From Bacillota bacterium (GTDB lineage: Bacteria > Bacillota > DTU025): a stretch of DNA of 64,000 nucleotides. The position numbers were made by a program, and so were the translations under genes. Of this stretch, positions 62,268 to 64,000 are shown piece after piece. The notes under the pieces were generated by a model, which was not told the origin of the DNA, did not search any database, and worked only from the letters and a program-made list of their open reading frames with translations. Within the stretch, counting starts at the first letter, position 1. Every line of letters begins with the position of its first letter. The DNA lies in assembly GCA_050951805.1 (NCBI GenBank), contig JBMNJT010000002.1:608001-672000 (forward strand), read 5' to 3'.

Positions 62268-62927
62268 GCTCCCATTGCAGCAGCCTATGCACAGGACAGC
62301 AAAAGGCGCGGACGGGACGGCACGCAAATCGCCGTGACGTCCGTGCCCTCGCTTTTCGAGCAGCTAAGTAACTCCCAATAAGTTCTTGCGCTATCGGTTA
62401 GCCTGCCATATGATGTCTGCTAGGCGTAGACACGTCTTTGCACCTATGTCGCAGTGCGGTAATTGGTTCGCATTTGTACATCGACAACGTACACAGTTTT
62501 GGGGGATCTTGGCCTTAGCCATAAACGCCCGCAGCATTCACCCGTGCCGGGATATGATTCACGGGGGAAGGCCAGGGTAGATGGTGTAATCGAATTCCCG
62601 GTTCGACGCTTGCGGGCAATTATGTTCTTTACAACGGCGAAAGCGATGCGCATACGCTCCCGACCGTGAGATCCGTGTGAGCGCTCCGGCAGTCTATGCA
62701 TTCAACGCACTCATATGAAAGGGCAACTTGGGCCTGCCTTCAATGTCTAGAATTTAGACTGGTCTGCAAAACCTGCTCGCCCTCGCGGCAATCCTTGGCC
62801 GGCTCCACGCTGCACGGCGCTTCCCTGGGCTTTTACCCAAGGCCAAACTTACAAGTTCAGCCCCCGGCTAAGTCCCAGACAGCGACAGCACAACTCGAGG
62901 ATCGCGCAGAGATCTGTTGCGGTCTAC

Positions 62928-64000
62928 TTAGCGATATGCCACGACTATCTCCAGATTCCTAGAGATCTTGTGGACGCCTATGCAAAGCCTACTTCCTGCC
63001 TCGTCGTAGGAATACCCTGTCTGTCCGGTGCCTCCTGCAACCTCGCACACATTGCCGAGCATAGGTAGGCGTTGACCGTCTATGCTCACCTCAACTGGTT
63101 CTTCAGCCACATTCCATATGCGCAGGGTCCTTACGGCCATCGCGCATGCGTAGTCATCTTCTTGGGCGTCGATGGAGATTTCTAGGACTCGGCCGGTTTC
63201 CCTTTCTGATGTACGGCAGGATATCTCCACTGAACCGAATTTGCCCTCTTGATAGCCGAGGGTCTCTCCGTCATCCACATATAGCGAAAACGTCCGCTCC
63301 CAAGGACCTTCCTCTGGGAAGATATCGATGATCTCCAGCGCCTGTCGGTGCTGGCCGACGTAACTCATTTCCATCCCCCACGGGATTATGGCGCCTTCGC
63401 GGAGGAAGACCGGGATCTGGCCGAGGGAGGCCCCCACGAGGACGGATTCCCCAAGGCTCGATATCACGTTGCCATTGAACAGGTTGGCCCAACTGCCCCT
63501 TGGGAAGTAGATGGGTCTGCAATCAGCGCCTGGCATGTAGATAGGCGCTATCATCATGTCGGGACCGAGCATGAACTGGTCGCTCATTGTGTGCGTCTTT
63601 TCGTCGTCAGGGAACTCGAACACCATTGGTCTCATTACAGGGGTTCCGTCATCGGCACACTCTTTCATCAGTGTGTACATATATGGAATGAGCCTATAGC
63701 GGATCTTAATGAATTCCCGGCAGATTGACGCATACGGTTCTCCCAGAGAATAAGGTTCCTGCGGGACAGTCCAGATGGCTGAATGGTTTCGGAAGAGCGG
63801 AATGAATGTGCCAAGCTGAGTCCAACGGGTGACTAGTTCAGGGTCTGAATCATACAGGAACCCTCCTACGTCGGCGCCGACAAATGAGACTCCCGAAAGG
63901 CTTAGATTGAGGCACATCGGAATGGACATGAGGAGATGCTCCCACCAGCTCGAGTTGTCTCCAGTCCAGACGCACGCGCTTTGCTGGATTCCTCCGCAGC
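62928..64000 (-). CDS. Glycoside hydrolase family 31 (alpha-glucosidase-like), 5' end outside window
   Basis: 'WTGDN', 'GADVGGF', 'RWTQLG...FRNH', 'RYRLIPYMYT', 'PVMRP', 'QFMLG'. Confidence 0.93.
   Translation of the reverse strand, partial: CGGIQQSACVWTGDNSSWWEHLLMSIPMCLNLSLSGVSFVGADVGGFLYDSDPELVTRWTQLGTFIPLFRNHSAIWTVPQEPYSLGEPYASICREFIKIRYRLIPYMYTLMKECADDGTPVMRPMVFEFPDDEKTHTMSDQFMLGPDMMIAPIYMPGADCRPIYFPRGSWANLFNGNVISSLGESVLVGASLGQIPVFLREGAIIPWGMEMSYVGQHRQALEIIDIFPEEGPWERTFSLYVDDGETLGYQEGKFGSVEISCRTSERETGRVLEISIDAQEDDYACAMAVRTLRIWNVAEEPVEVSIDGQRLPMLGNVCEVAGGTGQTGYSYDEAGSRLCIGVHKISRNLEIVVAYR

Noticed and set aside
62300-62927. Short ORFs and imperfect hairpin between ABC permease and GH31
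   Set aside because: No RBS-supported or motif-bearing ORF. The hairpin is plausibly only a terminator region.

Overview
GC-rich chromosomal window from a Bacillota (Firmicutes)-type bacterium. This placement rests on the tadA-tRNA-Ser-ffs-dnaX-ybaB-recR-yaaL-rrn synteny, the large SRP RNA and a gerKA/KB/KC spore-germination operon. The window also encodes several predicted outer-membrane beta-barrels, so the organism looks like a diderm spore-former (inference). Housekeeping content: one 16S-23S-5S operon, 4 tRNAs, SRP RNA, pgm, tadA, dnaX, recR, aspS, guaB, asnS. The standout is 7.9-17.1 kb, a compact Type IX secretion (T9SS)-like locus: a subtilase with a T9SS/FlgD-type C-terminal sorting domain, a PorV-family barrel, and a shortened SprA-like translocon with an inserted beta-propeller. 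No PorKLMN motor genes are in view. Other notable items: a LolA-fold/RND/beta-barrel operon; an E. coli-type A_AAA_AAG-codon-stop site in dnaX; an operon with an active and an apparently dead nitrilase plus PIG-L and GH125; a TPR-FN3 protein with 282-bp near-identical repeats; an unannotated 38-codon leader/terminator before an ABC exporter; and several structured leaders. All family calls come from motif recognition by eye, and no database searches were run.
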